A DNA stretch of 64,000 nucleotides from a virus (IMGVR_UViG_3300042469_000068:20508-84507), one strand, 5' to 3'; shown: positions 18,695-28,208, counted from the first letter of the stretch. Notes: generated by a model not told the origin, from the letters alone. A program made the numbers and translations.

Positions 18695-19302
18695 TATGCT
18701 ACCTTTCTTGGTCTTCCTCTACCGCGCTTGACTTCTGGTTGAACTTCTTCGTTAAGAACAACTGGTTCAGTTTTTATCTCATCTGGTACAAATACAGCAA
18801 CGCCAGTTGAGCCAAGACCACCGATTCGATCAGTCTTTTGCGTTGGCGCTTCCATAATTTCCCAAAGCACATATTCTTCCTTCTTTACAAGTTCGGCCTG
18901 TGCAATTCTATCACCATTATTTATCGTCTGATCCACTTCGGAACGATTAGTGAGCAGAATAAAAGTTTCTTGGATGTAATCAGAATCGATTACAGCCTCG
19001 AGATTAGCAAGAATAAGACCCTGCTTATAAGATAGCCCTGAGCGTGGATGAATACGAACTGAATAGCCCTCTGGAATATCGAAGATCAATCCAGTAGGAA
19101 CAAGGATACGATCACCTGGCATAATACGAATCGCGCCAGAACTGGTCAAAGCTCTTGTGAATGGCGCATTAAAAGAATTGTATCCACTATATGTTGCTTT
19201 GCCTTCCGCTTGAAATGAAATGTCAAAACAAGCAGCTTGCTTGGTACCAAATCTCGGCAATACGATATTTGGATTTGTCTTATATACATTCAATCTATTC
19301 AT
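18694..19302 (-). CDS. dut: trimeric dUTPase with C-terminal AT-hook tail
   Basis: AACFDI, LVPTGL, PRSGL, VIDSDY, GDRIAQ, RIGGLGSTG; tail KRGRGRPRK; start at MNRLNV (SD GGAG). Confidence 0.93.
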   Translation of the reverse strand: MNRLNVYKTNPNIVLPRFGTKQAACFDISFQAEGKATYSGYNSFNAPFTRALTSSGAIRIMPGDRILVPTGLIFDIPEGYSVRIHPRSGLSYKQGLILANLEAVIDSDYIQETFILLTNRSEVDQTINNGDRIAQAELVKKEEYVLWEIMEAPTQKTDRIGGLGSTGVAVFVPDEIKTEPVVLNEEVQPEVKRGRGRPRKVA

Positions 19303-19319
19303 GATATACTCCGTTGTTA

Positions 19320-20660
19320 TTAAGTTATTTCTTGCCAATCAATAGAGCCGACACAAGTATCTCCTGCTCCATATCCTGCAACTGCTAAAACAAATGTTGT
19401 ATTTGTTCCTGTAAAATTATTTCTCTCTAATTGAAATTGGAATTGACCGTCGCTCAATTCGCCAGGAGAACCGCCTTGCTGAGCCACATATGTATAACCA
19501 TTTATATGTGATGTTCCATTTGCAAGTGCTGTTCCTGTTATATTATATTGTACAGCGGAATCACTACCTGCGTCTACCCAAGTGCCGCCAGTTATCTCTG
19601 CGCCTGTTATAACTCTATAAGCAAGTCTTGTTCCATTACCTGTAAGTCCCAAGACACTAATATTCTTTGGAACTACTATAGCATCTTTTCTATCTGATTT
19701 CAATCTAATAGCAACCACAGGATAGAATCGTCCAGCAGTAGATAATGTATAAGATGTATTGGGTAATTGACCAATAGTCTTTGGTCTACCACGCATTTCG
19801 TATCCACCTTCGGACATTACAGAAGTACATATGATGCGAAGATTACTGTTGTTTGCTGTATCTGCTGTATTTTGTATTTCACAGCGAATAGGTAAACATG
19901 CTGTAGTCATGTATGTGTTATCAAGAATGTTTGCGTGATTCCATGTATGACAGTGTATGAACTTACCGTCAATAACAAACCCTGCTCTTACTGAACCTAC
20001 GCCTAACCACTCAATATCATGAAATAGAATTTGAGATTTTGACAAATCTAAAGTATATCCAGATGGATTTTTATTTGCTGCAGGATTACCTTCTGAACTA
20101 CCAGGAACATTTGAACCATCAACTCTGTCTATGTTCCAATTGGATTGCGCGACTCTTGTCTCTGTGACTGTACCGCTAGATTTTGAGCGTCTAACAAAAT
20201 ATATGTTATGTCCGTCTTGTTCTAAAAACACACCATTCTCTGTATCGAAATATCCATATCTTTGTCTTAGTCCAGTCTGTGCTGGTGCCATAACAAATGT
20301 CTGTAAGATTTGTAATGATTTGCCTGGCTGATAAGCAAATACGCGATTCGATTCACGATAAACATAATTGTTATTTGCAGTTCCTACAGAACATACTACA
20401 GACGAAGAATTTGCGTCATGTGTAACAGTCGTGCCTGCAGAATTGGCAGTACCTACTTTTCCATTATCCTGATATCGATGAAACGAATCAAACAGGGTCA
20501 TAGGCTGTGAAACTCTTGCTCTACCAAAAGCATCAACTGCCATGCCTGATGGATTAGCGGGACCGATAACACTTCCATATTGATCAGCCAACATAACAAC
20601 TTCAAATATTGTTTTTTCTTGGTTTAAATACTGATTAGTATCTTTACGGAACTGTGCCAT
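19320..20660 (-). CDS. hypothetical virion structural protein
   Basis: DAFGRARVSQPMTLFD, YQPGKS, D.EWLGVG.VR.GF, LPIRCEI: a conserved but uncharacterised phage family. Confidence 0.55.
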   Translation of the reverse strand: MAQFRKDTNQYLNQEKTIFEVVMLADQYGSVIGPANPSGMAVDAFGRARVSQPMTLFDSFHRYQDNGKVGTANSAGTTVTHDANSSSVVCSVGTANNNYVYRESNRVFAYQPGKSLQILQTFVMAPAQTGLRQRYGYFDTENGVFLEQDGHNIYFVRRSKSSGTVTETRVAQSNWNIDRVDGSNVPGSSEGNPAANKNPSGYTLDLSKSQILFHDIEWLGVGSVRAGFVIDGKFIHCHTWNHANILDNTYMTTACLPIRCEIQNTADTANNSNLRIICTSVMSEGGYEMRGRPKTIGQLPNTSYTLSTAGRFYPVVAIRLKSDRKDAIVVPKNISVLGLTGNGTRLAYRVITGAEITGGTWVDAGSDSAVQYNITGTALANGTSHINGYTYVAQQGGSPGELSDGQFQFQLERNNFTGTNTTFVLAVAGYGAGDTCVGSIDWQEIT

Positions 20661-20663
20661 AGT

Positions 20664-21068
20664 CTATTCTTCCTTGCGCTTTTTACCTATGTTATATTTA
20701 GCCACAAGATTCCAATCAATCTTTTCTTTATGAGAAATAATTTTGATTTGAGATAGTGGGGCTACAGGCACTGCACTTTTGTTTTCATCTACCAAACTTA
20801 CCAGTTCCCACTCGGACAGTAGGTTGGCAATAGTATTAAGACGGGCGCGGTCATCTTCTACGAAGTCTGACTGCTTCCCGTCTAATAGAAATAATTGCTT
20901 AAAATGAACGATGTAATATCTACCCTGCTTGTGTAGTATGTGACAGGACTGATACAGCGTTTTATCTTTCTTTGAGGCTACTCCAATACGCGAAAGCGTC
21001 TCACGAACCTTTAAAAAATTATCTGGGTTAGGTAGCGTTACCTCCACTAGTTCGTTTATGTCTAACAT
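20664..21068 (-). CDS. regA: translational repressor RegA
   Basis: FLKVRETLSRIGVAS, LYQSCHILHKQGRYYIVHFK. Confidence 0.95.
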   Translation of the reverse strand: MLDINELVEVTLPNPDNFLKVRETLSRIGVASKKDKTLYQSCHILHKQGRYYIVHFKQLFLLDGKQSDFVEDDRARLNTIANLLSEWELVSLVDENKSAVPVAPLSQIKIISHKEKIDWNLVAKYNIGKKRKEE

Positions 21069-21447
21069 TCAAACCACCTTTATTTAAATACTTCTTAATC
21101 TCTTGTATCTGCGTGTCAGACAATAAGGACAAGGCTTCCTTAGCCTTCTCGTTGGAATAGTTATAAAATTCTTTCACCGCTTCCAAATTCTCTACAATAT
21201 CACGCTTTTGCCATTTCTGGAAAGGCCTTTTATAGGCTCTTACAGTATTTAGCAGATAGTGATATTGTAGGAGATTGTCGGTCGATGGGTTCATATTCAT
21301 CTGGTTTGCTGCCATTACCATATCCAGGTGGAAGGATATGGAACGGTTAACGACGAACGGGACATAGTCCCGTTCGTTTTCAGTGGTGATAACTACCTTC
21401 TTAGTCACATGAATGGAAGGTATAATGTCTTTGAAAAGGTCAGTCAT
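21028..21447 (-). CDS. gp62: clamp loader small subunit gp62
   Basis: YVPFVVNRSIS, AANQMN, QYHYLLN, VKEFYNYSNEKA; start at MTDLFKD. Confidence 0.9.
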   Translation of the reverse strand: MTDLFKDIIPSIHVTKKVVITTENERDYVPFVVNRSISFHLDMVMAANQMNMNPSTDNLLQYHYLLNTVRAYKRPFQKWQKRDIVENLEAVKEFYNYSNEKAKEALSLLSDTQIQEIKKYLNKGGLNVRHKRTSGGNAT

Positions 21448-21448
21448 A

Positions 21449-22627
21449 TTAGTCTCTCTTGAGGATGAATTTTTTGAAGTCCACAAAGGCATTAGTCTTA
21501 CCTTGTGCCGAAGGTCCACCAGTATCAGCAAATGTGATGTTAGCTTTGGTAATAACTTCGCCATTAGGCGCTATGAACAGAATATTCGCGTTATTTGTTT
21601 TGCCGTTTCTCTTTACTGTGAGAGTGAAATTCTTCGACAGTTGTGAAATCATCCTTTGTAATTCTTCACTCTTGCGAGAAGAAATGATCTTCTGTTTACC
21701 CGCTTCACCAATAGCAGCGTAGAAATCATCCTCACCATCGAAACCTAACATACGCAGAACTCTTTCATTCATCACTTTCTTGTGTTTAGGATAATATTTC
21801 TGAAAGATTTTGGCAATTATTTCGATCACATCTCCATGTGTTTTCTTAGCTTTCTTACGGGCATCTTCTTTTGATTTGCCTTTTTTCATTTCAGTTCCAA
21901 TGATATTCTGATAATCATAAAGTTGACGCAAATCTTTTTCAGAACCATAGTCTTTGGCAAATTTGAGAATGAACTTTTCCGTACTACCTGAAATGTCAGC
22001 ATCGGCATCATAGAACAAGGTCTTAATTAAGCTAATGAAAGTAGAATTTGAAAGATTGATAGATGCCGACTTATATGCTTTCAAAGAAGCCACAATCTTA
22101 TCAACAACCACTTTTTCTGAATCCTTTGTGACAGTCAATATTAAATCTGCTTTGGTAACACCTTTGCCAGAATCTCCTGTGAGATTAATATCAAAAGTAA
22201 GTAAAAGTAGGTCTTCGTCTTTAACGATAACATCCTCAAAGATTTGTTTTGCTATAATAGAACCTGCTGTTACCATTCTATCAATTTCAGATTGAGAAGC
22301 ACCGAGTTTTTGGACTATTTTCTTTTTAGCTAGAAATTCATCATTAAGCTTCTTAGGATTTGATCTACTCGTTAAGCGCAGACCTTTATTTTTGATTACG
22401 CTAGAGAGAGTTGAAGCACAGGCAAATTCCGAAAGATATCCCAATCGTGATTTTAAATCTATATCTTCATTCAAATTGCTATCGGGTATATCGATTTTCA
22501 TGGATACTTGTTTTCCAAAACTCAGTGACGCCAACAAAGACTTAAACTTTTCTACTATCGAACCAAAGAGTTTCGATAGGAAAGATTCAGTTAGCTTGAT
22601 CTGTTTATATTCTTCGTATGTTAGCAT
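21449..22627 (-). CDS. putative PD-(D/E)xK-type nuclease with capsid-targeting-like N-terminus
   Basis: GYLSE...TKADLIL...ASLKAY motif; N-term MLTYEEYKQIKLTE resembles the T4 internal-protein CTS; late promoter directly upstream. Confidence 0.5.
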   Translation of the reverse strand: MLTYEEYKQIKLTESFLSKLFGSIVEKFKSLLASLSFGKQVSMKIDIPDSNLNEDIDLKSRLGYLSEFACASTLSSVIKNKGLRLTSRSNPKKLNDEFLAKKKIVQKLGASQSEIDRMVTAGSIIAKQIFEDVIVKDEDLLLLTFDINLTGDSGKGVTKADLILTVTKDSEKVVVDKIVASLKAYKSASINLSNSTFISLIKTLFYDADADISGSTEKFILKFAKDYGSEKDLRQLYDYQNIIGTEMKKGKSKEDARKKAKKTHGDVIEIIAKIFQKYYPKHKKVMNERVLRMLGFDGEDDFYAAIGEAGKQKIISSRKSEELQRMISQLSKNFTLTVKRNGKTNNANILFIAPNGEVITKANITFADTGGPSAQGKTNAFVDFKKFILKRD

Positions 22628-22632
22628 AATTC

Positions 22633-22640
22633 TATTTATA
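22633..22640 (-). promoter_or_regulatory. T4-type late promoter TATAAATA, 5 nt before the ATG (probably leaderless mRNA)
   Basis: TATAAATAgaattATG; no SD between promoter and ATG. Confidence 0.7.
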
Positions 22641-22652
22641 TGTCAACGAACT

Positions 22653-23555
22653 TCATTCATACTCGAATAGCTTTTCTAGAGTATTTTCCTTATTAAAACA
22701 ATGATCCTGAATACGGCGTTCTGAGATATCAACATAGTGTTTGTCTAGATCAATACCAACAAACTTCTGTCCTTCCTGTATTGCTGCGATGCCAGTAGAC
22801 CCTGATCCCATAAATGGATCAATAACAAGACCATTAGCAGGCGCATACACACGACAAAGATATCGCATCAAAGAGATCGGCTTAGGAGTCGGGTGATCGT
22901 TATATTCTCCGCGTTCCTTTCTCGTTACTCTAGGTGCGTAGAAATATTTCTGGTGTTCAGTGTCATCAAAATGGCCGATGATATTTGAAGGATAACGTCC
23001 AGTAGGATTAGCATCTTCTGTTTCCTTCACAGCTTGATCAGCAGCTTTAGCTACATCACTGCCAAATGCTCGACGCTTTGATCCACCCTTAATCCATCCA
23101 GTTGGCGGTTTACCATCCCAAGGAATACGCGCACGATCAATATTAATCTTGCCGCAACCCCACTTCTCAAAGTTCTTCTCAATAGAACCCTCAATAGGTT
23201 TCTGAGCTACAAAGATTGGTTCATGAGCAGGCTTAAGACGATTAGCTTTTGCCATCTTAGTCGTGATCATCCAAACAATCATGTCAAGAGGACGGAAGCC
23301 AGCATCTTCAACATTAACTGCCATGCGGTGATAAAATTCAGGCGCACAAAATGACAAGACAAAAGCGCCGGGCTTCAATACCCTATTCATTTCTTTCCAA
23401 GTATCAACAGGAGGAACATTATGATCCCAACCAACACCAGCAATTTCCATACCATAAGGAGGATCAGTAATACAAGCATCAATGGAATTTGCTTCCATTG
23501 ATTTCATTGCTGCGATATTGTTAGAGCATATCAGTTTGTAATTAGACATATTCAC
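22653..23555 (-). CDS. DNA N6-adenine/N4-cytosine methyltransferase (beta class)
   Basis: ITDPPY (motif IV) precedes HPTPKP and DPFMGSGSTG (motif I). Confidence 0.9.
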   Translation of the reverse strand: MNMSNYKLICSNNIAAMKSMEANSIDACITDPPYGMEIAGVGWDHNVPPVDTWKEMNRVLKPGAFVLSFCAPEFYHRMAVNVEDAGFRPLDMIVWMITTKMAKANRLKPAHEPIFVAQKPIEGSIEKNFEKWGCGKINIDRARIPWDGKPPTGWIKGGSKRRAFGSDVAKAADQAVKETEDANPTGRYPSNIIGHFDDTEHQKYFYAPRVTRKERGEYNDHPTPKPISLMRYLCRVYAPANGLVIDPFMGSGSTGIAAIQEGQKFVGIDLDKHYVDISERRIQDHCFNKENTLEKLFEYE

Positions 23556-24489
23556 AGTCCACCATTAGTTCGGTCAAACAAGCGACTAGATTGATTTCTT
23601 GATCAGCAACAAACGCGGCCTGATATTGATACTTTGAGATAATCACAACTGCTTGTGGAATACTCTCAGGCTTGAAATACTCATACAGACTATCATAGAC
23701 CTTGCGATAGATACGTGCTGGCTCAATATCAGAATTGGCTACACACCACTTTCGCATATCACCAAAGTTCTTGTCCTTTAGAAACTTAACCAGCTCGGAA
23801 ATTTTACGAACATCTGAGAGTTGTGCAACGATGCCTGCATCCAAAGAGCCAGAAGAACTATACCGCTGTAGCTCATTAAGAGTACGGCGATAGTCAGGGA
23901 AGTACTTTTCGATAATCTTCGCAAGAACCGCCTTATCATAAGTGATACCTTCCAGTGTTAGTACGTTTTCCATACGCTTCATCAACTGCATGGCCATCTT
24001 CGACTTCTCATCATTCTTCAAAGCAAAGTCAATGACAGAACAACGAGAATGAAGAGCATCAATCAGCTTGGACTTGAAGTTACAAGTGAAGATGAATGTA
24101 CAGTTAGCAGAAAACTCTTCGATAGCACCACGCATCGCTGCCTGTGCATCTGGAGTCATATAGTCAGCTTCGTCTAGGATAATTACCTTTTTACCACCAG
24201 TCAGAGACACAGTGGAAGCATAACCGCGAATGGTAGTTCGCAGCATATCAATACCACGATTTTCAGAGGCATTGATATACAGATGATTGATACCAATCTC
24301 ATCACACATAGCTTTCGCTACGGTTGTCTTACCAACACCCGCAGAACCAGTCAACATGAGATTTGGAATTTCTTGCTTCTCTACATATTCCTGAAATGGC
24401 TTTTTCAGGCGATCAGGAAGAATACAATCAGCAATAGTCTTCGGGCGGTACTTCTCGACCCACAGGAAGGATTCGTTCGTCAATTTCAT
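23542..24489 (-). CDS. gp44: clamp loader large subunit gp44
   Basis: LWVEKYRP, GSAGVGKTT, ILDEAD, LHSRC. Confidence 0.95.
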   Translation of the reverse strand: MKLTNESFLWVEKYRPKTIADCILPDRLKKPFQEYVEKQEIPNLMLTGSAGVGKTTVAKAMCDEIGINHLYINASENRGIDMLRTTIRGYASTVSLTGGKKVIILDEADYMTPDAQAAMRGAIEEFSANCTFIFTCNFKSKLIDALHSRCSVIDFALKNDEKSKMAMQLMKRMENVLTLEGITYDKAVLAKIIEKYFPDYRRTLNELQRYSSSGSLDAGIVAQLSDVRKISELVKFLKDKNFGDMRKWCVANSDIEPARIYRKVYDSLYEYFKPESIPQAVVIISKYQYQAAFVADQEINLVACLTELMVDCEYV

Positions 24490-24673
24490 TCACCATCTTT
24501 TGAATTAGGAGTTTTGCACCTTCACCGCCAAGCTGCTGAACATAGATCATCTTGGCGGTAACCATCATGTTGGAAGCCAACATTAGCAAGTCTTCAACAT
24601 TATCGCACATCATGATCTGCCTGTCAATAGGCTTCATGAGTTCGTCCATTCGTGCTATTACATCTTTGGTCAT
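24428..24673 (-). CDS. hypothetical protein
   Basis: ORF within the replication operon. Confidence 0.5.
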   Translation of the reverse strand: MTKDVIARMDELMKPIDRQIMMCDNVEDLLMLASNMMVTAKMIYVQQLGGEGAKLLIQKMVNEIDERILPVGREVPPEDYC

Positions 24674-24675
24674 TA

Positions 24676-25179
24676 TTAAGCTTTCTTTCTGGTATTAAAC
24701 CTAGACTTTAACATTATTGCTACTGTTTCATCAAGTGTTTCATACTCAACAACAAGATTTTCCACTTTTGGAAATTCACTTTTTGGAAAAAACTTTACCA
24801 AAAGATTATTAGGATTTACACCAGCACGCCGAGCCTTTCTTGCTCCAGGATGATCTTCATCATGTCTAGAAACTCCATGAAGTTCCTTCACAAATCTATA
24901 TACTCGTTGTCTCATAGAATGATTACTTCCTCCAGTGTATAGACAAGACATATCGTTGATCGTCTTTTCATATATCGCGTATAGTCCTGGACAATCTATC
25001 TCACTATATTTTGGCTGTATAAAATTAAATTCTTCTTCATGGAATGAGATTGAGCATTCCCTGTTTGGTGTAATAAATGAATTTATGCGATAAAAAGGTT
25101 TACTGTAACCAAGAGTGACTATCTTTCTGGCATAGTCCCAATTGTCAACATAAACATCACCATACAAATCGATTGCCAT
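24676..25179 (-). CDS. GIY-YIG-like domain protein
   Basis: PGLYAIY...CLYTGGS...MRQRV...E...FN pattern. Confidence 0.5.
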   Translation of the reverse strand: MAIDLYGDVYVDNWDYARKIVTLGYSKPFYRINSFITPNRECSISFHEEEFNFIQPKYSEIDCPGLYAIYEKTINDMSCLYTGGSNHSMRQRVYRFVKELHGVSRHDEDHPGARKARRAGVNPNNLLVKFFPKSEFPKVENLVVEYETLDETVAIMLKSRFNTRKKA

Positions 25180-25386
25180 TTACTTTACCTTTTTCCATTT
25201 AAAACCTAAGATCAACTCTTGCATCTTACGATGGAACCAATTAGGTTCTTGTCCTTCAAAAGGAGTGTAGACAAGACCTCTTTTGGAACCAAACAAATGA
25301 CATTGCCAGTCTGAAGATTTAGGCGGAAAATCTATAGATGTTATCCGTGAATCCTCAATAACATATTTGTTTCTATCATCCATCAC
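25180..25386 (-). CDS. hypothetical protein
   Basis: Small ORF with PNWFHRKMQ...GFKW motif, coupled to neighbours. Confidence 0.55.
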   Translation of the reverse strand: MMDDRNKYVIEDSRITSIDFPPKSSDWQCHLFGSKRGLVYTPFEGQEPNWFHRKMQELILGFKWKKVK

Positions 25387-25667
25387 TTCATCACGGCGTC
25401 ATAGAATTCTTCGAACTGACGGTTCTCTTCCTGCTCTTCGGCATAGTTGGACTTGTAGTAGACCTTTGCCATGCGGCGAATGATCTTCTTATCCACACCA
25501 GTCTTATCAACTGCGCCATCCAACGCGCTCTTCTGGAAGTCTCGCTCGGAAGCCACGCGCGTCATGCTATCGTTCATTTCACGAATAGCATTCTTCAAGT
25601 CTGTCTTCTGAGTTTCGGTAAGAGAATTGATACTCACGAAAGGCTTATTGTGTCCGATACCAGCCAT
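25383..25667 (-). CDS. dsbA: DsbA-like double-stranded DNA-binding protein
   Basis: Start MAGIGHNK; KKIIRRMAKVYYKSNY.EE..E...FEEFY. Confidence 0.7.
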   Translation of the reverse strand: MAGIGHNKPFVSINSLTETQKTDLKNAIREMNDSMTRVASERDFQKSALDGAVDKTGVDKKIIRRMAKVYYKSNYAEEQEENRQFEEFYDAVMK

Positions 25668-25668
25668 A

Positions 25669-26334
25669 TTACTTTGTCTCCAATGCGATGAAATACTTGA
25701 TCTTGTCCTTGAATACGCCACTTGTAGAAGTAAACTTGGCAAATGCTCCAAGCTGCATCTCTACATCATAGTCACCAGGAACGAGCTTGATGTTATCAAC
25801 CTTAAACGATGCGATGAAGTCAGCACCCTTGTAATCATTCAACTTGAACGAAGCTGAATTGGAAGTGTCGTTTGCCTTCTCATGGGTCTGTAAACGAATT
25901 TCACCATTCTTACCAACAACGGAAAGATGAGTGAGATTGTTCATAGCTGCCAAACGAAGAAGCTTGGTCAGAATGGCATTCGTGAGAGTGAAGCTAACAT
26001 CGACCTGCTTAAGCTTCAACTCCTTGTCGGGAGGAGATACGATAAGGTTAGGCGAACAAGAATAATAATTGAAAGCGATATCGCCATCATTCATCATTAC
26101 AGAGTTTTCGCTAAAGCTTAGATCAGGATTTCCAAGAGTAGAAACATTACCCAGGAACTGATTTAGATCATAGATGCCGAACTGAGATGGAATCGCGTCT
26201 TCAAGTTCGACTTCAACAAGAATGGACTTCTCAGGGGAAATAGTCTTCTGAACATTTCCCTTCTGCAAGACAAGTCCGGAATTGATCGCAGAAAAGTTCT
26301 TCAATACACTTAGGGTGTTTTCACTAATCTTCAT
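25669..26334 (-). CDS. gp45: sliding clamp gp45
   Basis: MKISENTLSVLKNFSAIN, FGIYDLNQFL, PGDYDV, YFIALE. Confidence 0.95.
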   Translation of the reverse strand: MKISENTLSVLKNFSAINSGLVLQKGNVQKTISPEKSILVEVELEDAIPSQFGIYDLNQFLGNVSTLGNPDLSFSENSVMMNDGDIAFNYYSCSPNLIVSPPDKELKLKQVDVSFTLTNAILTKLLRLAAMNNLTHLSVVGKNGEIRLQTHEKANDTSNSASFKLNDYKGADFIASFKVDNIKLVPGDYDVEMQLGAFAKFTSTSGVFKDKIKYFIALETK

Positions 26335-26359
26335 AATATAATCTCCAGTGTTTTTTAGT

Positions 26360-27010
26360 TTAGGCTGCTAGTATAGCAGGCTTTTGTGGGCCTGTAAAGA
26401 CTTTTAGCATGTGACCAATATCAGCTTCAAGCATGGAAATGCTTCCATTATTATCAAGCTGATAATCCATAATCTGACCTGCCCATGCCCATTCGGAATA
26501 GTGGACTTTGTAATGATCTACCATTCTATCTTGAGCAATAGAATCATTTGCGTTTGCTTTCACTGCTTCATCATACCAAACAGGATCAGCATTACGACAA
26601 ACACGAACAGCGAAGCCGCCCTTTGACCGCATCCATTCAATCTCATTTGGGAATCGAACATCTGCGATAACTACATTCTTGTACATTTCCATCTTACGCT
26701 CAAGCGCATATACCCAAACATCCTTATGAAATACATCACGACCGGCTTCGGTACCCATTAGCTGTAGAGCAAGGCGAGGAGAGAAATCATAGCCAAACTT
26801 TGTCGACCACCATTCGTCCTTAGTCTCGCGGAAACTACGGCTTTCATCCGTATCACCTTCGAGGAGAGACCGCTGCCATCCGAAGATGGCAGCAGTTGCG
26901 TCCTTAACAGCATCCGCAAATGAAAGCTTTACGAAGCCGTGTTTCTCAACTAGAATATCAGCCGCAGTTCCTTTACCGCTACCGATAAAACCAATTACAC
27001 CAATGATCAT
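26360..27010 (-). CDS. deoxynucleoside monophosphate kinase (gp1-like)
   Basis: GFIGSGKGT, FADAVKD, PRLALQLMGTE, DVRFPNE, HYSE. Confidence 0.9.
   Translation of the reverse strand: MIIGVIGFIGSGKGTAADILVEKHGFVKLSFADAVKDATAAIFGWQRSLLEGDTDESRSFRETKDEWWSTKFGYDFSPRLALQLMGTEAGRDVFHKDVWVYALERKMEMYKNVVIADVRFPNEIEWMRSKGGFAVRVCRNADPVWYDEAVKANANDSIAQDRMVDHYKVHYSEWAWAGQIMDYQLDNNGSISMLEADIGHMLKVFTGPQKPAILAA
26365..26398 (-). promoter_or_regulatory. sigma70-type promoter for gp45 (TTTACA-N17-TATACT), -10 inside a small hairpin
   Basis: CTGCTA-TAC-TAGCAG palindrome centred on the -10. Confidence 0.55.
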
Positions 27011-27903
27011 TATAGATTTCCTGTATGATTAGCGATTGCTTGCATGTTTCCAGTAAAGGCATAAGTGCCAACGTGCTGAGTTTTCATCCATGGGCACAGC
27101 CAAATTTGACCGCCCATCTTTCTCCAGTACTGACAGAACATATAATCTTCTGAGAGATAGCGATGAGAAGCCGTCTTCTCTGCTTCCATAAACTTCTTAG
27201 CGGCTCCACTTACATCTTCACCATTTGAAGCTTTCAAGACAAGAGAATACAAATCATCATATGTATAACCATTATCCATAACGGTATCAAAGTATGCGTG
27301 AATGTAACGAGTGCCATCAAAATTTGCTTGACCAATATGATCGGGCTTATAGTTCTGCTTAGGATAAGCTTCTCTAAACTTATCAAAAACTTCTCTCTTG
27401 ACCATCATGTAACCAGTTCCAAGTTCAAGAACTTCAAGAGGTTCTCTCACATTAAATGACTTTGTACCAGGAACAGGATTAAAGACATAATCGCCAACAA
27501 GACCCTCAAGTTCTCCTGGATTGATTACAGGATTTTTAGCTAGAGCAGCAACTATATTTTTCCAGTTAATTGCCTTCTTTGGATAAGGAGCACCAATTAC
27601 GTCCTTATCAAGGGCCATCATCGCAAGAATATCTTGCGGCTCGAAATGAATATCGGAATCGAGAAAGAGTAAGTGAGTATAACCAGAACGCAAGAATTCA
27701 TCTACGAGATAATTTCTTGCGCGAGTAATTAGGGATTCGTTAAACAGAAATGAGAATCTATTTTCAATTCCATATTGAAAACAAATTGCTTGAAGGTCTA
27801 GACAAGCCTTCATGTAAAGACCGTTATTAACACCACCGTACATAGGCGTTGCTATGAACAGCTTGTTCTTTCTCAGGTCTTCAACTTTGATTGATAATTC
27901 CAT
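27010..27903 (-). CDS. GT-A-fold glycosyltransferase-like protein
   Basis: LFIATPMYGG, ESLITRARN, LFLDSDI (DxD), GTGYM, YLSEDYMFC. Confidence 0.6.
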   Translation of the reverse strand: MELSIKVEDLRKNKLFIATPMYGGVNNGLYMKACLDLQAICFQYGIENRFSFLFNESLITRARNYLVDEFLRSGYTHLLFLDSDIHFEPQDILAMMALDKDVIGAPYPKKAINWKNIVAALAKNPVINPGELEGLVGDYVFNPVPGTKSFNVREPLEVLELGTGYMMVKREVFDKFREAYPKQNYKPDHIGQANFDGTRYIHAYFDTVMDNGYTYDDLYSLVLKASNGEDVSGAAKKFMEAEKTASHRYLSEDYMFCQYWRKMGGQIWLCPWMKTQHVGTYAFTGNMQAIANHTGNL

Positions 27904-27917
27904 GCGGGTACTCCATA

Positions 27918-27968
27918 ATAAAAAGGGATGCTACGCTTATATATAGCATCCCTTTTTGGACATGTCAA
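27918..27968 (-). promoter_or_regulatory. promoter (TTGAC-N17-CTATAT) overlapping a 13-bp terminator-like hairpin
   Basis: AAAAGGGATGCTA-TATATAAGCG-TAGCATCCCTTTT; TTGACA at 27968-27963. Confidence 0.65.
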
Positions 27969-27974
27969 TAAAAA

Positions 27975-28187
27975 TTAGGCAGCAAAACGATAAAACATCT
28001 TGCGCTTACCGTTAACAGTACGGTAGTTGCTATAGATGCGATGGCCTTCAAGAGTGCGTAGGTCATACACACGCTTGGAAACGCTGGCCTTAGGTACACC
28101 AGTCAGACGGGCAATCTGGGCAACAGTGATGCCAGCACCCTTGGTATTCTGACGGAGAACCTTAGCAACCTTACGAATCTGAGACAT
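27975..28187 (-). CDS. small winged-HTH DNA-binding protein
   Basis: GITVAQIARLTGVPKASVSKRVYDLR plus a wing hairpin. Confidence 0.75.
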   Translation of the reverse strand: MSQIRKVAKVLRQNTKGAGITVAQIARLTGVPKASVSKRVYDLRTLEGHRIYSNYRTVNGKRKMFYRFAA

Positions 28188-28208
28188 TCAATAACTCCAT
28201 AATAAAAT

